From Tubiluchus corallicola (lineage: Eukaryota > Animalia > Priapulida): a DNA stretch of 37,669 nt. Numbering within the stretch: position 1 is the first letter of the stretch; every line of letters starts with the position of its first letter. This document shows, piece by piece, positions 1 through 11,327 of this stretch. The notes beneath the pieces were generated by a model. That model saw only the letters and a program-made list of their open reading frames with translations, ran no database searches and had not been told where the DNA came from. The translations under genes were made by a program, and so were the position numbers. Where the stretch lies: assembly GCA_030141605.1 (NCBI GenBank), contig JAQGDQ010001505.1, positions 1-37,669 on the forward strand, written 5' to 3'.

Positions 1-59
1 TTTTCTTTTCGATCTTTTCTCTTATTTCGACAAACTCTGTCATGAACCGAAAGCAATCT

Positions 60-360
60 TTGAGAATTCATTTGATGTATAAGTTTTAACTAAATCACCA
101 CTATTGTGATGAGCTATCGCAGACTTACTCAAAACAAGATTTCTCGCTAGTGGATTTGTCGTCAATATTCAATAGGGTGTTGTTTGGTGAATTAATTGTG
201 TACATTGGGAAGGGGCCGTTTTACCAGGTGGTGCGAATATTTTAAATTATCAAGATTTTTTTTTCCAATTACATAAGTCTCTCAAACAGGTAAGCAATAT
301 AACTTTGTACAGAAAGTCTTTTTAGGATATACTTTAAAATTTCTCTGTCTTCCCCTTTAA
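60..360 (-). mobile_element. Partial copy of the same MITE family
   Basis: 230-360 aligns by eye with 2530-2659 (gcgaatatt.taaattat...ttttccaa.tacataagtct...tccc.tttaa). Confidence 0.55.
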
Positions 361-997
361 AACAAGAATGTATTAAAGGAAAGAACATATCATTCTGTAT
401 GTTGGGTTTATTTTACTGTTACCACTTAAACATAAACTAATAACAAAGAAATTTGCAAATAACTGCCTATAAAGCATTAATTTAATTATATTACCGCTGA
501 ATATTAATTTTCAGGCGTGGTGGTTGCCGCCATTCACTTGAAAATCATGACATAACTGGGAGACTTCGTGACTTTTCGTAAGCGCGTCGTGATTTTCCGT
601 AAGCGCGTACTCTTTAAACTAATTCAAACTTCTGCAGCTTACCTAATGTTCACACAAAGATCTTTCAAAATTAGCTATCTTATTTTTTGTAAAAACATAT
701 TATTCTTTTGATGATGATTCACAGTGCGCTGCTTTTCTTCAAGACGAATGACGTCATGGAAGAAGAATGGGCAATGAAAATGGGAGCGCCCACGCATGAA
801 CTGATCGCGACTTCAAAGTGATTTTGCTAGTTACATGACGTGCTTATTGCAGTTTTATTACTCAATCATTCTAACATTTTTCGCGAACATTGAAAAACCT
901 ATCCTCTTAGTAGGCTTGGCCTTCCCTTAAGTCTGAACTGACGTTATATCATATTGAACAAATCGTTAAATAACTAGACATTTACTAATTTTTATAG

Positions 998-1204
998 AAT
1001 CAAGAGGATTCGAAACAGTCTCTAGAAAGTATCGTTGGGACGCCTAAAATCTTTGACATCCTAAATGGTGAGACATTGCTTCGGACGTTGTACTGTGAAA
1101 ATGATGTCGAGCCAACGCTTACCAAGCTGAACTGGGCTTCTTTGCCAGATGACATACGCATAAAGAAGAAGCAGCAGCATGATGGAAAACTTTGTTACGT
1201 AGGA
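998..1204 (+). CDS. Internal coding exon of an unidentified gene (NQEDSKQSLESIVGTPKIFDILNGETLLRTLYCENDVEPTLTKLNWASLPDDIRIKKKQQHDGKLCYVG)
   Basis: Branch-point-like TACTAAT and tttttatag| acceptor, 207 bp open in phase 0, GGA|GTGAGT donor, and higher GC than the flanks. Confidence 0.65.
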
Positions 1205-2199
1205 GTGAGTATTAACACGAGATGATTTAGGAAAAGATAAACACTAGTTATTAAAAACGTCAAAAACTGGACCCGTTTTTAAAGATAGTACAGTTTTTAT
1301 GATGAACTAGAATTATTTTAGCAGGGATAGGTTTCGAATCGATTTATATCTTACGTTAGAGCCTGGGACTGATATGCATGACCTTCATACCTTTTTTCAA
1401 TATTTTTGAACTGTTTAACACGAGAATGCTGAAACAGTATTCTGGTCAAGGGAGCTACTGGTCAAACGCAATTTAACATTTTAGTTATTACCTCATCGTA
1501 ATTCGAGCTTTCTGGTAAATTTCCCCAATTTAGTCTGCAAAAATCTCACCTTGTGGAAGTCAGCAAAACTATGTCTGGCATTCGCGTTCAATAAAATGCC
1601 GTATTGTTTTGAAGATCCGTTGTAAAGGAAAACAGAATAATTTTGTTGTATGTCCTACCCGATTTTGAAGTACGGTCAAAAGTATGCATTTTAACACATA
1701 TAATAATGCCAAAGTGTTTCTGATAATTTAATTACGGTTAAAAACTTGATTAACGGCCGGTGAACCCAGCTAGTGACGCTGTCATAACTGCATATAATTT
1801 GCAATAAAACACAAACATTTCACGAGCTTGTTGCATGTGCGTGCGAAGTGCAGTGTTACTGCACAATATTCACTGTGAAATACAAAGTCTTCAAATTTTA
1901 ATTTTAAATTTTCAAGTTCACCGTTATGCTCATCGATTAGCTCTCAGATGGGTGCACTACATCATAACCGAGAAATACCTGAACTGAGAGGTACAGCGCC
2001 CGTTTTTTGTGCAACGCGTTTTGAGATGGAGGAGCTATTGTCCATCTAACTAGCGAATGGTGAAATGCATGTAACAGTGAAGAACTAGCCGCACGTAGGC
2101 GAAATTAAATTTCTGTGGTAATAATTCTTTCACCTAAGTCATTCTAGAAAAAATTAATACGTTCTATAATGGCATTTACGATTATCCTTTGTTAATGCA

Positions 2200-2659
2200 C
2201 AATAAAATAATCTTCATGAAGAAGTGAAAAAAGTTGTTTTGAAATCTTGTATCATCTGCATACTGCTGACTTATTGCACACAGAGCTTGTATTAGCAGCA
2301 ATGTTGCATAAAAACTAGTGAATTTAAACACCCGTGAAGACAGTTAGGTGCAGCCATTTTAATGGTAGATAAAATTACGTAAAGTTTGAAAAAATAATTT
2401 GTACCACGCTCTTCGCTAACTTTTAAAAGTTTTAAATACTTTATATTATCAATAAGATCAACAATGTGTTTTTTTTTGGTGAGTCAGTAATGCATATTGA
2501 GATGGCGATGCAGTGCCGTTTTACTATGTGGCGCGAATATTATAAATTATTAACATTTTCTTTTCCAACTACATAAGTCTTGTGCAACGCTAACTAATAT
2601 AACTTTACTTGGAAAGCTCGTTGTGATATATTCTAAAATTCCCCTTTCTTTCCCTTTAA
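2200..2659 (-). mobile_element. Related MITE copy in the opposite orientation
   Basis: Reverse-complement similarity to 35630-36030 (cagccatttt, acataagtct, aatataacttt). Ends TTCCCT|TTAA. Confidence 0.6.
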
Positions 2660-3527
2660 TTAAGGGCACGAAAATATCAAGGCAGAATCGCTGAGTCTCA
2701 GAAAACGTTTAAAAATGACGTAAAAAATACAGACGTTGTTTTTTTTATTGGGAAACGCGTTCTAATTACATTGCATGCCATACGAAATTTGCTGAATTTT
2801 GTATAATTCCTAAACGTATGTAACATCCGTCTTACATGAGGCAAAAATTTGTGTGACACAACTTGTGTGACTAGCATTTTGCTCGTGTGCACGCTTTCGT
2901 GTGCGGACTTAGTACAACCATTTTTATCATACATAACCAGCTCAGACCCATAAAAAGCGATCATTCTGCCACGTGTCATCTATTAATTGTTTACTGTGAT
3001 TTCCAATATAAAATTGTTTAACATAAAAGTTGCCGTATTAGCGGAAAATTTTTTATGAGATGATTTGCGTGACATCGACTGCATACAGATTTTTTGCCAT
3101 GTAGCAAAACAAGCCTTTTCATAGTTCTAGCGAATGATAATGATCGCGAAAAGGTCAAAAGTTAAATGTACCAGACAACGTATTTGTGTACACTTGACAA
3201 CGCGTCGCAGCCTAAGGTACTGTAATAGTAGTAGTTTTAACAGCTAGCTAGAAATTTACCTAGTTCATTCTTTCTTATTCCCAAGCAAAATCCTGCTAGT
3301 AAATCACTCTACCCACAGGCTAATGCATAGTTAAGTAAAGACCACGTAAAACAACTGAAGTTACTGAAATGATGCGGCAGAAGGCTTTGTTTTACACACG
3401 TCACGTGTGGGTTTTGGTTATGACGTGTTGCTGTAGTATACGTAACTTTTGAACTACAGCAACTGCGCGCGCACACTATGAAACTGTGAAAATGCTTAAT
3501 GCCAAATATTTTTTATTGGTTTTGCAG

Positions 3528-3842
3528 GTGTATGCGGTGAGCGACTGTTTCACACAGCAGCGAGAATTTAAGCTTTGTTCTTTGAATGGGACGGCATTTT
3601 TGAAGTACACAGCAGGATGCACTAGCAGGTCTAACGAACAGCCCTTTCGGACGGGTTTTTCGCATTTCATGAAGATCAGTTCACAATCACACGACACTCG
3701 TGAAAATTTTTCTAACTTTGCTGAGACAGCAGCCGCATTTAATAGCGAATCTTCGCCAGAAAAAACTGCAGTTCTCAAGGTTTCACCAACCTGGCACGCT
3801 ACAACTAAACTCAACGTGCATCAAGAACGGCAACGGCAATAA
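3528..3842 (+). CDS. Terminal coding exon of the same unidentified gene (VYAVSDCFTQQREFKLCSLNGTAFLKY...QERQRQ*)
   Basis: Strong acceptor ttttttattggttttgcag|. Phase 0 continues the frame of 998-1204 for 105 codons to TAA. AATAAA motifs lie near 4200. Confidence 0.6.
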   Translation: MYAVSDCFTQQREFKLCSLNGTAFLKYTAGCTSRSNEQPFRTGFSHFMKISSQSHDTRENFSNFAETAAAFNSESSPEKTAVLKVSPTWHATTKLNVHQERQRQ

Positions 3843-4073
3843 TAACCATTTACCTAACTTGCTATGAAAAATAAGGTAGCAGTAAGTCGAGAATAGGCTA
3901 AAGAAAGTATGTAAGATTATAAGAATGTAATTCTGGTTAGGTTGAATTCAATTCTTTTTATTGGACGATGAATAATGAGTGCATGTTCTTTTAGTGACTA
4001 GGTAATAATGAGAGAAAGAAAGAAAGGAAGAAAGAACAAAAGAAAGGAAGAAACATCGAAAGAAAAGAAAGAA

Positions 4074-4124
4074 AGAATGAATGAATGAATGAATGAATGA
4101 ATGAATGAATGAATGAATGAATGA
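4074..4124. repeat. (GAAT)n microsatellite
   Basis: Direct. Confidence 0.95.
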
Positions 4125-5164
4125 AAGGATAGAAGGAAGAAAGAAAAATGAATAACATTAATTTTAAAAACTGTAACGCATATAAATATTTGTAGGGAGA
4201 ATAAATAAATAAATATATATATTCAGTTGTATATATTTTGTATTCAACTTAATTAGTTTTTAGCAAAAAATCAGATACGAAATACACAATGCTGTTAGCC
4301 TCTTGCCAAGCCTGTTTTATTGTGCCTTATTATTTGTTTAATCATTGTCATATTAATCGTCGTCGTCGTTTTCATTGTTCGTTTATCGTCGTCACAAACT
4401 GTTATCACTCTTGTTGTTGCTGCTGCTTTTTTCAGCATCAACCTGTTGCTGCTACTGCTGCTGCTTCTGGTCGTACTGCTTTCATCAGCGTCACCACTGC
4501 TGTTGCTGTTGCTGCTTTCGTGAATGCCACTGCTTTATTCAGTGACGCTTTATTGCCATTATGTCATTCGAAATGCTTGAGCTGTTTAAATATAATTTAT
4601 GTGGAAGGGTTCCGGTTGAGTGGAATGATGGATGCTGGTGGCAGCGCTAACGATGATGACAGTAGTGACGATGACGATGAGGCTGGTGCAGTCGCGCAGT
4701 GTTAATAATTGCAACAGGCTTTAGAGGAGTGCTTTGCTAGAGCACCCTCATTCGCCTTGTATAATACTATACAACTTTTTTATTACTGAACTACAAATGC
4801 ATCCGCTAAAGAATGAGTGTGAGTGGTTGTGAAAGGACGAACTGCGCTTACTACAGTTAACAAAACTCAGGGAGATGAACATGAGTTTTTTTCCAAATTA
4901 ATGTTCGTTTAATATATAATGTTATATAACAACATGCAAGCCTACAATTGATTTCTGAAACAGTTTCAGATTATTTTTTAGGAAAACAATCTAGCGGCCA
5001 TAATCAACGAATCCAGGTAAAAAGTCATTAGTAAATGTGACAGAAAAAGTCACAGGAACACATAATCCTAACCCTAATACCAACCCTAACACTAATCCTA
5101 AGATGTTGAACATGATTTTTTTCACAATCATGTAAATGCCATCATATATAAAAAATTTGTCAAT

Positions 5165-5630
5165 ACAACTTTATTAAAACTTTTACTTTACAAAGTTAAG
5201 TTAAAATCGTGCCAAACCTTTCGGCAGATTGCTGCTGTCATCATCAGTGGCAAATTTACAAACACACAACCAGTTTATAAAGAAAAAGGCAGAGCCTATT
5301 CTGCACTAATTAAGTAGTTAACAGAACCCAAATAGACAGTGAATAAGCAGACCAGTAAAGAAATTGATACAGTAACTTATGCACTAAGTATGTATTCACA
5401 AAAGCCATATAGGTAATGATTAAGCAGGCATGAAGAAAATAAATTGTTACAGTAACAAAGAGCTTATTAGGCTTATTAGGGTACATAGATAAACTTTCTT
5501 TTAATAATAAGTCCCAGTTATTTGTAGCTTTGGTCACAATGCTGAAATTATTAAAATCAGCTTTGTGGCTAGAAGCACAGATTTTAGTGTCTGTAATAAA
5601 AAAATGGTCAAACAAGACATGTATTGCCAG
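5165..5630 (-). mobile_element. Penelope-like element 3' fragment (GIY-YIG endonuclease C-terminus plus terminal-repeat region), decayed
   Basis: FDHF...SHKADFNNFSIVTKATNNWDLLLKESL..KP resembles the H..H..F..F.IL....LLIKESL.I..KP.LN tail of PLE endonucleases. It is followed by a hammerhead motif and AATAAA (5175-5170). Confidence 0.7.
5210..5252 (-). ncRNA. Degenerate minimal type I hammerhead ribozyme
   Basis: TGCCA-CTGATGA-T-GACAG-cagcaat-CTGCC-GAAA-GG-TT-TGGCA. Perfect 5-bp stem I, both core boxes, stem II with one mismatch, and a vestigial stem III. Confidence 0.65.
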
Positions 5631-6301
5631 TTAATCAGTGGTTTAAAATAGTATCTGTTTTATTACTTTAATTGTTTATGGCACGTAAATAAATTGTGAT
5701 TGATTGGAACATTTTTGTTTGATTAGCTGAACTTCTTTCCTAGGCAAAATTGAGACTTTCTTCCGACCACCTTCCGAATTCTAGTCGATTCGATTTTCAA
5801 TAAATGTAGCAATAACAATGAACGTCACACTAAATGAATGACTGAATGAATGGCTTACACTACAGACTGTAATTATACGCTGTAGAATTATAAAACGCGA
5901 CTTAAATGTGATGAACCGGCGATTGTGAAAGGACGTACTGCGATTATTGCAGTTAACAAAACTCAGCCAGACGAACATGATAGTAATTAAGGTGCAAACT
6001 TGAAGCCTTGCTTTTACTGAAACTAGCCGAATAACCATAATTAATTCACTTAGTCCATTCACATATCGTCTATACATGATTAATTTTCTAAACCTATGTC
6101 AGACGAAATAATATTCTTGGCTGTAATTAGTATTTCCAGACATGTTTTTTTAGCAAATGACGCAGGTTCTCATGTTGACTGTCCTATTAAATTAATTGTT
6201 CTGCGTAGTCGGAAAATGCTTGTAAAACTTGTATTCAAATGTGCTGGTTGTGACGGAATGAACTAGTCCAGAATGGAGAGATTTTGATGATCTACAACGA
6301 G

Positions 6302-6625
6302 ACTTACTTACTTACTTACTCACTCACTCACTCACTCACTCACTCACTCACTCACTCACTCACTCACTCACCCACTCACTCACTCACTCACTCACTCACT
6401 CACTCACTCACTCACTCACTCACTCACTCACTCACTCACTCACTCACTCACTCACTCACTCACTCACTCACTCACTCACTCACTCACTCACTCACTCACT
6501 TACTGTCCGCAAACCTCAACCTCCTGGTTTTCCCAGTGGTCACCCATCCAAGTACTAACCCGCCTCGACGTTACTTTACTTCGGTGATCAGGCGAGAACC
6601 GGTGTCATCAACGTAATTTGAACAA
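6302..6625 (-). mobile_element. 5S rRNA-derived retropseudogene or short SINE3 with (GAGT)n/(AAGT)n tail
   Basis: 6620-6513 reads caaattacgttgatgacaccggttctcgcctgatcaccgaagtaaagtaacgtcgaggcgggttagtacttggatgggtgaccactgggaaaacc, a clearly 5S-like but diverged sequence. A tetranucleotide tail at 6500-6302 follows almost directly. Confidence 0.8.
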
Positions 6626-8075
6626 CCAGTATTTTCAACGCCGTAGTCGTGTATAAGCACCTGCCAGTGATATACAAGAATTGCAAACTTGCTACATACG
6701 AACATGTACTAATGCGTAGAAATTGTCCTCAAATACCAGTAAAATCCACACTAACTTTCGTTTATTAATAATCAGTATACAAATCAGTAACAACAGTATA
6801 CAAACATGTTTAATATTAGCCTATATCGATTCGATTTTTTTACTTTTTCAAGAACGGAGGTCAACGACTTAAAAAAGGACAAAAATTCGGATTTCCGTGA
6901 TAAGTAATCTAGCTTGTCGCCCAGGATTCACAAATATATGGAAATTTTGCTGTATCACACGAGAAGTCATTCCACGTCTTCCCGTTTGCCCGCAGGATGG
7001 CGCAGTTTTCGCCATCGCCGTAATTATCCGGTTGCCCATCTGCTACGTCCCAAGAAGTAAAATTCAGTTTAATCCAGTAAAAGCTGCTGCTGCTGGGTTT
7101 TTGTTAGGTAAGTAAACAAACACTAGATAGAATGTTCGCGTATTTTTGATTATACGTGTATTTATACGCAAATTTTTTTTGCGGGGCCTTTGCTAGTTAA
7201 AATTAATGCGACAAATAGATATTTTCTGCATTCATGTTTTGCTTTTAAATGCTTCTATTGCTAAAATTTCTTATGATTATTATTACCTTTGTTTTAATAA
7301 AAATTATTACATTTGGAAATTTAGGAACTTGGTATATTCTGTGTTTACTACAAATAGAATAAAGGTAAGCCACGGTGCCTTTTCAATAATGCGAATAGCT
7401 GCTGTTTAATGTTTGACACCTTTATCAAAACTTTGTCAGAGTTTTGTTTTAAGTAACGAATGATACAGGAAAAAAATCTGGTTAAACCGGCAAACATGCG
7501 ACCTAGTTTCTAAGTAACTAAAACATTTGATTGCACTTGGTGCTAACTGATGTTCATTTGGATCTGTTTCATTTGACTGCGAGCTTGTAAACAGTACTTT
7601 TGAAATCAATGCAAACGAATTGCCGTGTAAAGTCTTTGACCCATGTAGAAGTTTTCACTGTTACCAATATTGACTGACTTTTGTCGATCTCGACATTGCT
7701 TTTTGTCCTTATTCATGGTACTGAATTGATAATTTGTTGCATTGTGTACAAATAAATTTTGAAAAAACAAATCCTTCACTATAGATTTTTAAGTACGCTG
7801 TCTAAAATACACAAGCACTTGATAAATGCAACGTCCAGAGCCCAGTTTTTTACCACATACTACATCAACATTTTTCATGCTATACAGTAGCACGATGTTG
7901 CAAAAAACGAAACATGATGAGTAGATTTGAAAGGGCCAAAAATTATAAATTACTGATTTCCTTTTATTACTAAAATTCTTCACGTGTTTTTACATTAATG
8001 CCGGGTCGCTTTTAAATCTGAAAACACTCATACAAAAGAACAAAAGACATGTCAAAAGCTCAATGTGAGGGAAAG

Positions 8076-8305
<230 letters not shown>

Positions 8306-8355
8306 GTGGGGCAAGAGAGGCAAGAGGCAGTTAAGATGATAAGAAGAATACTTAC

Positions 8356-8419
8356 ATGTACATGCTTTTCCGTTTATTAGCGTTAAACTAGCAAAAGGAA
8401 GAATCAAAACAGACTTCAT
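8356..8419 (-). CDS. Paralogous GH16 signal-peptide exon (MKSVLILPFASLTLINGKACT), orphan within this window
   Basis: ttctattttag|ATG ... GCA TGT ACA T|GTAAGT, phase 1. Hydrophobic signal-like peptide. The 23 nt at 8384-8362 match 20236-20214 with three synonymous differences. Confidence 0.7.
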
Positions 8420-9064
8420 CTAAAATAGAAATAGTGTATTATTATCATTTTAGCGCATGATTTTACAAACTCACAATTAATTAAATTTTGATATTAAACT
8501 TGAAAGACATGGAATGTGAAAAATTTAGAAACTTAGACTTAAAGCGGCCTCTGTCGCTTAGTGACCTGTAGCAGAAGGTCTCTGGTTCTCATCCAGGCTG
8601 CATTCCGTATTTTCCTATTTTCAGTTGTTCAAGTAATATCAGATATTAATTAATTGCGTGTTTATAAATCAAACGAGAAACATGATATATAAACACTTGA
8701 CCATTATTATTCTGTTACTAACTCTACTGGTAATATCTGATATAGCATATATATGCTATATGTTAGATATATATATATATATGCTAGATATATGTCTCTT
8801 ACATATAGTAGGCTTTTGTTACCAGTGGCTGCAGACTCCGATTTTCTGTGACATTAAATAATGAAATGAGCATTTTTGACCACTCGGCAGTATTATCTGC
8901 ATGTAATAAATGTCCCTTCAATTTTCAAGCTCAAATAACGCTCTTTTGCGAAACCTTATTTAGATGATATTGCATATAAAAACAGCAGATATTGCCCCAA
9001 GGATGATTTATTAAAAATAAATAATAAAAGTGAATTTCTTAATTTTTTCTCGGAACACTTATCT

Positions 9065-9127
9065 AATAATATTAATTATAATAATACAAATAATAATAAT
9101 AAAAATAAAAATAATAATAATAATAAC

Positions 9128-9225
<98 letters not shown>

Positions 9226-9230
9226 TAATA
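9065..9230. repeat. (AAT)n microsatellite
   Basis: Direct. Confidence 0.97.
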
Positions 9231-9396
9231 CACAGCAGGAATAAACGCACTTAGCTGTAAATTTTTTTTAATTTATAGGATAAACAACCCGTAACAATTT
9301 CTACTACTTGCTAATTAAATAGGTCTAGATAAAAACTAAGGCTATATTTAGTAGTATTATTAACTAAACTGTTTAATAACACAAAAAATACGTTAC

Positions 9397-9469
9397 CTTA
9401 ATGAACGTTCGTTCACATTGGCTTCATTAGATGAAAAAGTCTGGGCTAAGTGGACCGTCATTATTTATA
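9397..9469 (-). promoter_or_regulatory. Candidate TATA box and short 5'-UTR exon for the paralogous GH16 5' end
   Basis: TATAAATA at 9469-9462, an Inr-like TCATCT about 35 nt downstream, and donor AAG|GTAACG at 9397/9396. The ATG at 8419 sits directly after a splice acceptor, which implies an upstream exon. Confidence 0.4.
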
Positions 9470-11327
9470 CGAGGCTTGCCCAGGTTATGTAAATATAATG
9501 TTTAAGAAAATCTTGATATCATTGTGAATATCAACAGGTGGGTATATTATGTCCGCTCTTGATTTCATACCAGGCATGTGTATCTATTTTGTGTTGTCCA
9601 CTTTCGTTATGTTATGCCACATCCGGGTTTGTGACAGCATGTACATGCATAGCGCAAATACTTCTCTTACCAGAGTACGAAATGACGTCTTTAGGAATGT
9701 ACAAACAGGTGAATGTAATGTCAATTTGGAGTAGTGTAAGCGTATAACTTTATTATCTGATTTATTTTAGCTTAATCGACAACCACAATAGATTAATGCC
9801 AATATATAATAAAATTGCTTAGCACTACTAAACTTTGACGTCATTCGATCACAAAAGGAATTCCTTAAGGACACGATTTAACTCAAGCGAGGGCCAACTA
9901 TCAAGTTGTAGAAAACAAAAATAAAATTGTTTTTGCAGACTCTTTTTGTGAACACTTGCATCCACTGATTGTTGTGACAAACATTTCAAATAAGCGCGAT
10001 TCTGGGATGTAAAGAAAAACATTCGTCATTCATGTTTTGCACTTTTGTTATTGCAAACTTTGCGTTACAGGTCTGTTCAACTCTGCAGTACTGAAAGACA
10101 CACTTGGACGTCGAACACGTTAGACTAGCAGACGTCGATTATTCACTGACAAAACTTTTCAATTTTTTGATTGGGTTTCATGATGTGTCTCGTGTATATT
10201 TAGCGAATTTTAAATTCTCCAACACAATCTTGTTTTGTGGCGTCTTAATTTCACCACTGCCAAGCGTAGGCATTGCACAAAACAAAAATGTCCTATATGG
10301 ACTGGGTTTTCATGTACATTTTAAAATTCTGCTTATACCACGAATATTTTGGCCAGCTAAATTCTTATTTTTTGTAATACCTATTTGATACTACATGTAT
10401 TTAAAATAGTAAATGCTAACTAACACCTGTGTACATATAATTTATAATAAAGTTATTAAGTTAACATTTTCTGTGGTAAGAATGTTCACTAATCAAATAA
10501 GCGAGGAGTACAAATTAAGAAACAGAACATCGCTTGGCAAGTAAACTTAACTGTATTTTTTGTGCGACTGTACTTTTGAATGTCTTAACGGCAGCGATAA
10601 TTGAAATTCGTAGATCTCGCGCAGACGTTTTATATCTGATGTTTGTAGAACATATATAATTACAAAATATTATATGAAATAGACCTGATAAGGTCACTAC
10701 TTAGTTACAGCCCTAGTATTAATGTTAACTCAATCGAGAAATTAGAGTTGCTACAAATTCGTGTTGGTGGCAGTGGCGATAGCGGCGACGGCTTCGGTGG
10801 CGGTGGCGTTAATGGTAGCAGTAGCAATAATATCACCAATATTATTCCAAAATTCGCAAGAAAAGTTTCGTCTTTTTAAAAATCTGTAAACCATGAAACT
10901 TTGGATCTTACCGCATTATTATATCTATCTTAAACGTTTTGAAAATGAATCTCTCACTCATCCACTGTTCGTCCACATTTTAATAATATTCTGTCGTTTT
11001 TTAACTTTTAATGTTTTGCTTGTCCGTCTACTTGTTCATTTGCCTTTAATTTCAATTTTAAGTTTTTTTCAACTACAGTCCGAAGAGTATATTCACTCTT
11101 GAAATTATAAAGCGTTTATGGAAATCAAGCGTTAGAACACTTAATTATTTTCTGACCTTATCAACATTTTAGTGTGATCATTCAAATACATAATTATAAG
11201 CATGTTGAACAATAAAGACATCTTACGACGCTTTTTAAGAGAATTCATGTACTACAAATAGCAAAGATTTACCAAAATTTTAATGACAGATAAACATGCT
11301 GTTTCAATAATACGCGTAAAACGTACG

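Larger units (their letters stand above)
5013..5770. mobile_element. Possible old MITE hosting the Penelope-like fragment
   Basis: Left GTGACAGAAAAAGTCACAGGA plus CCTAACCCTAA-type repeats; right TGAGACTTTCTTCCGACCACC is an imperfect reverse complement. Confidence 0.3.

Noticed and set aside
4289-4705. 138-aa Cys/Ala/Asp-rich ORF
   Set aside because: Degenerate GCT/GTT/GAT triplet repeats; low complexity.
5065-5101. CCTAACCCTAA telomere-like motifs
   Set aside because: Short and degenerate; more likely internal to a repeat element than a telomere remnant.
6990-7115. GC-richer patch with GATGGCG motifs and AG|GTAAGT, resembling a plus-strand first exon
   Set aside because: I found no convincing downstream exon or ORF; the motifs alone are insufficient.
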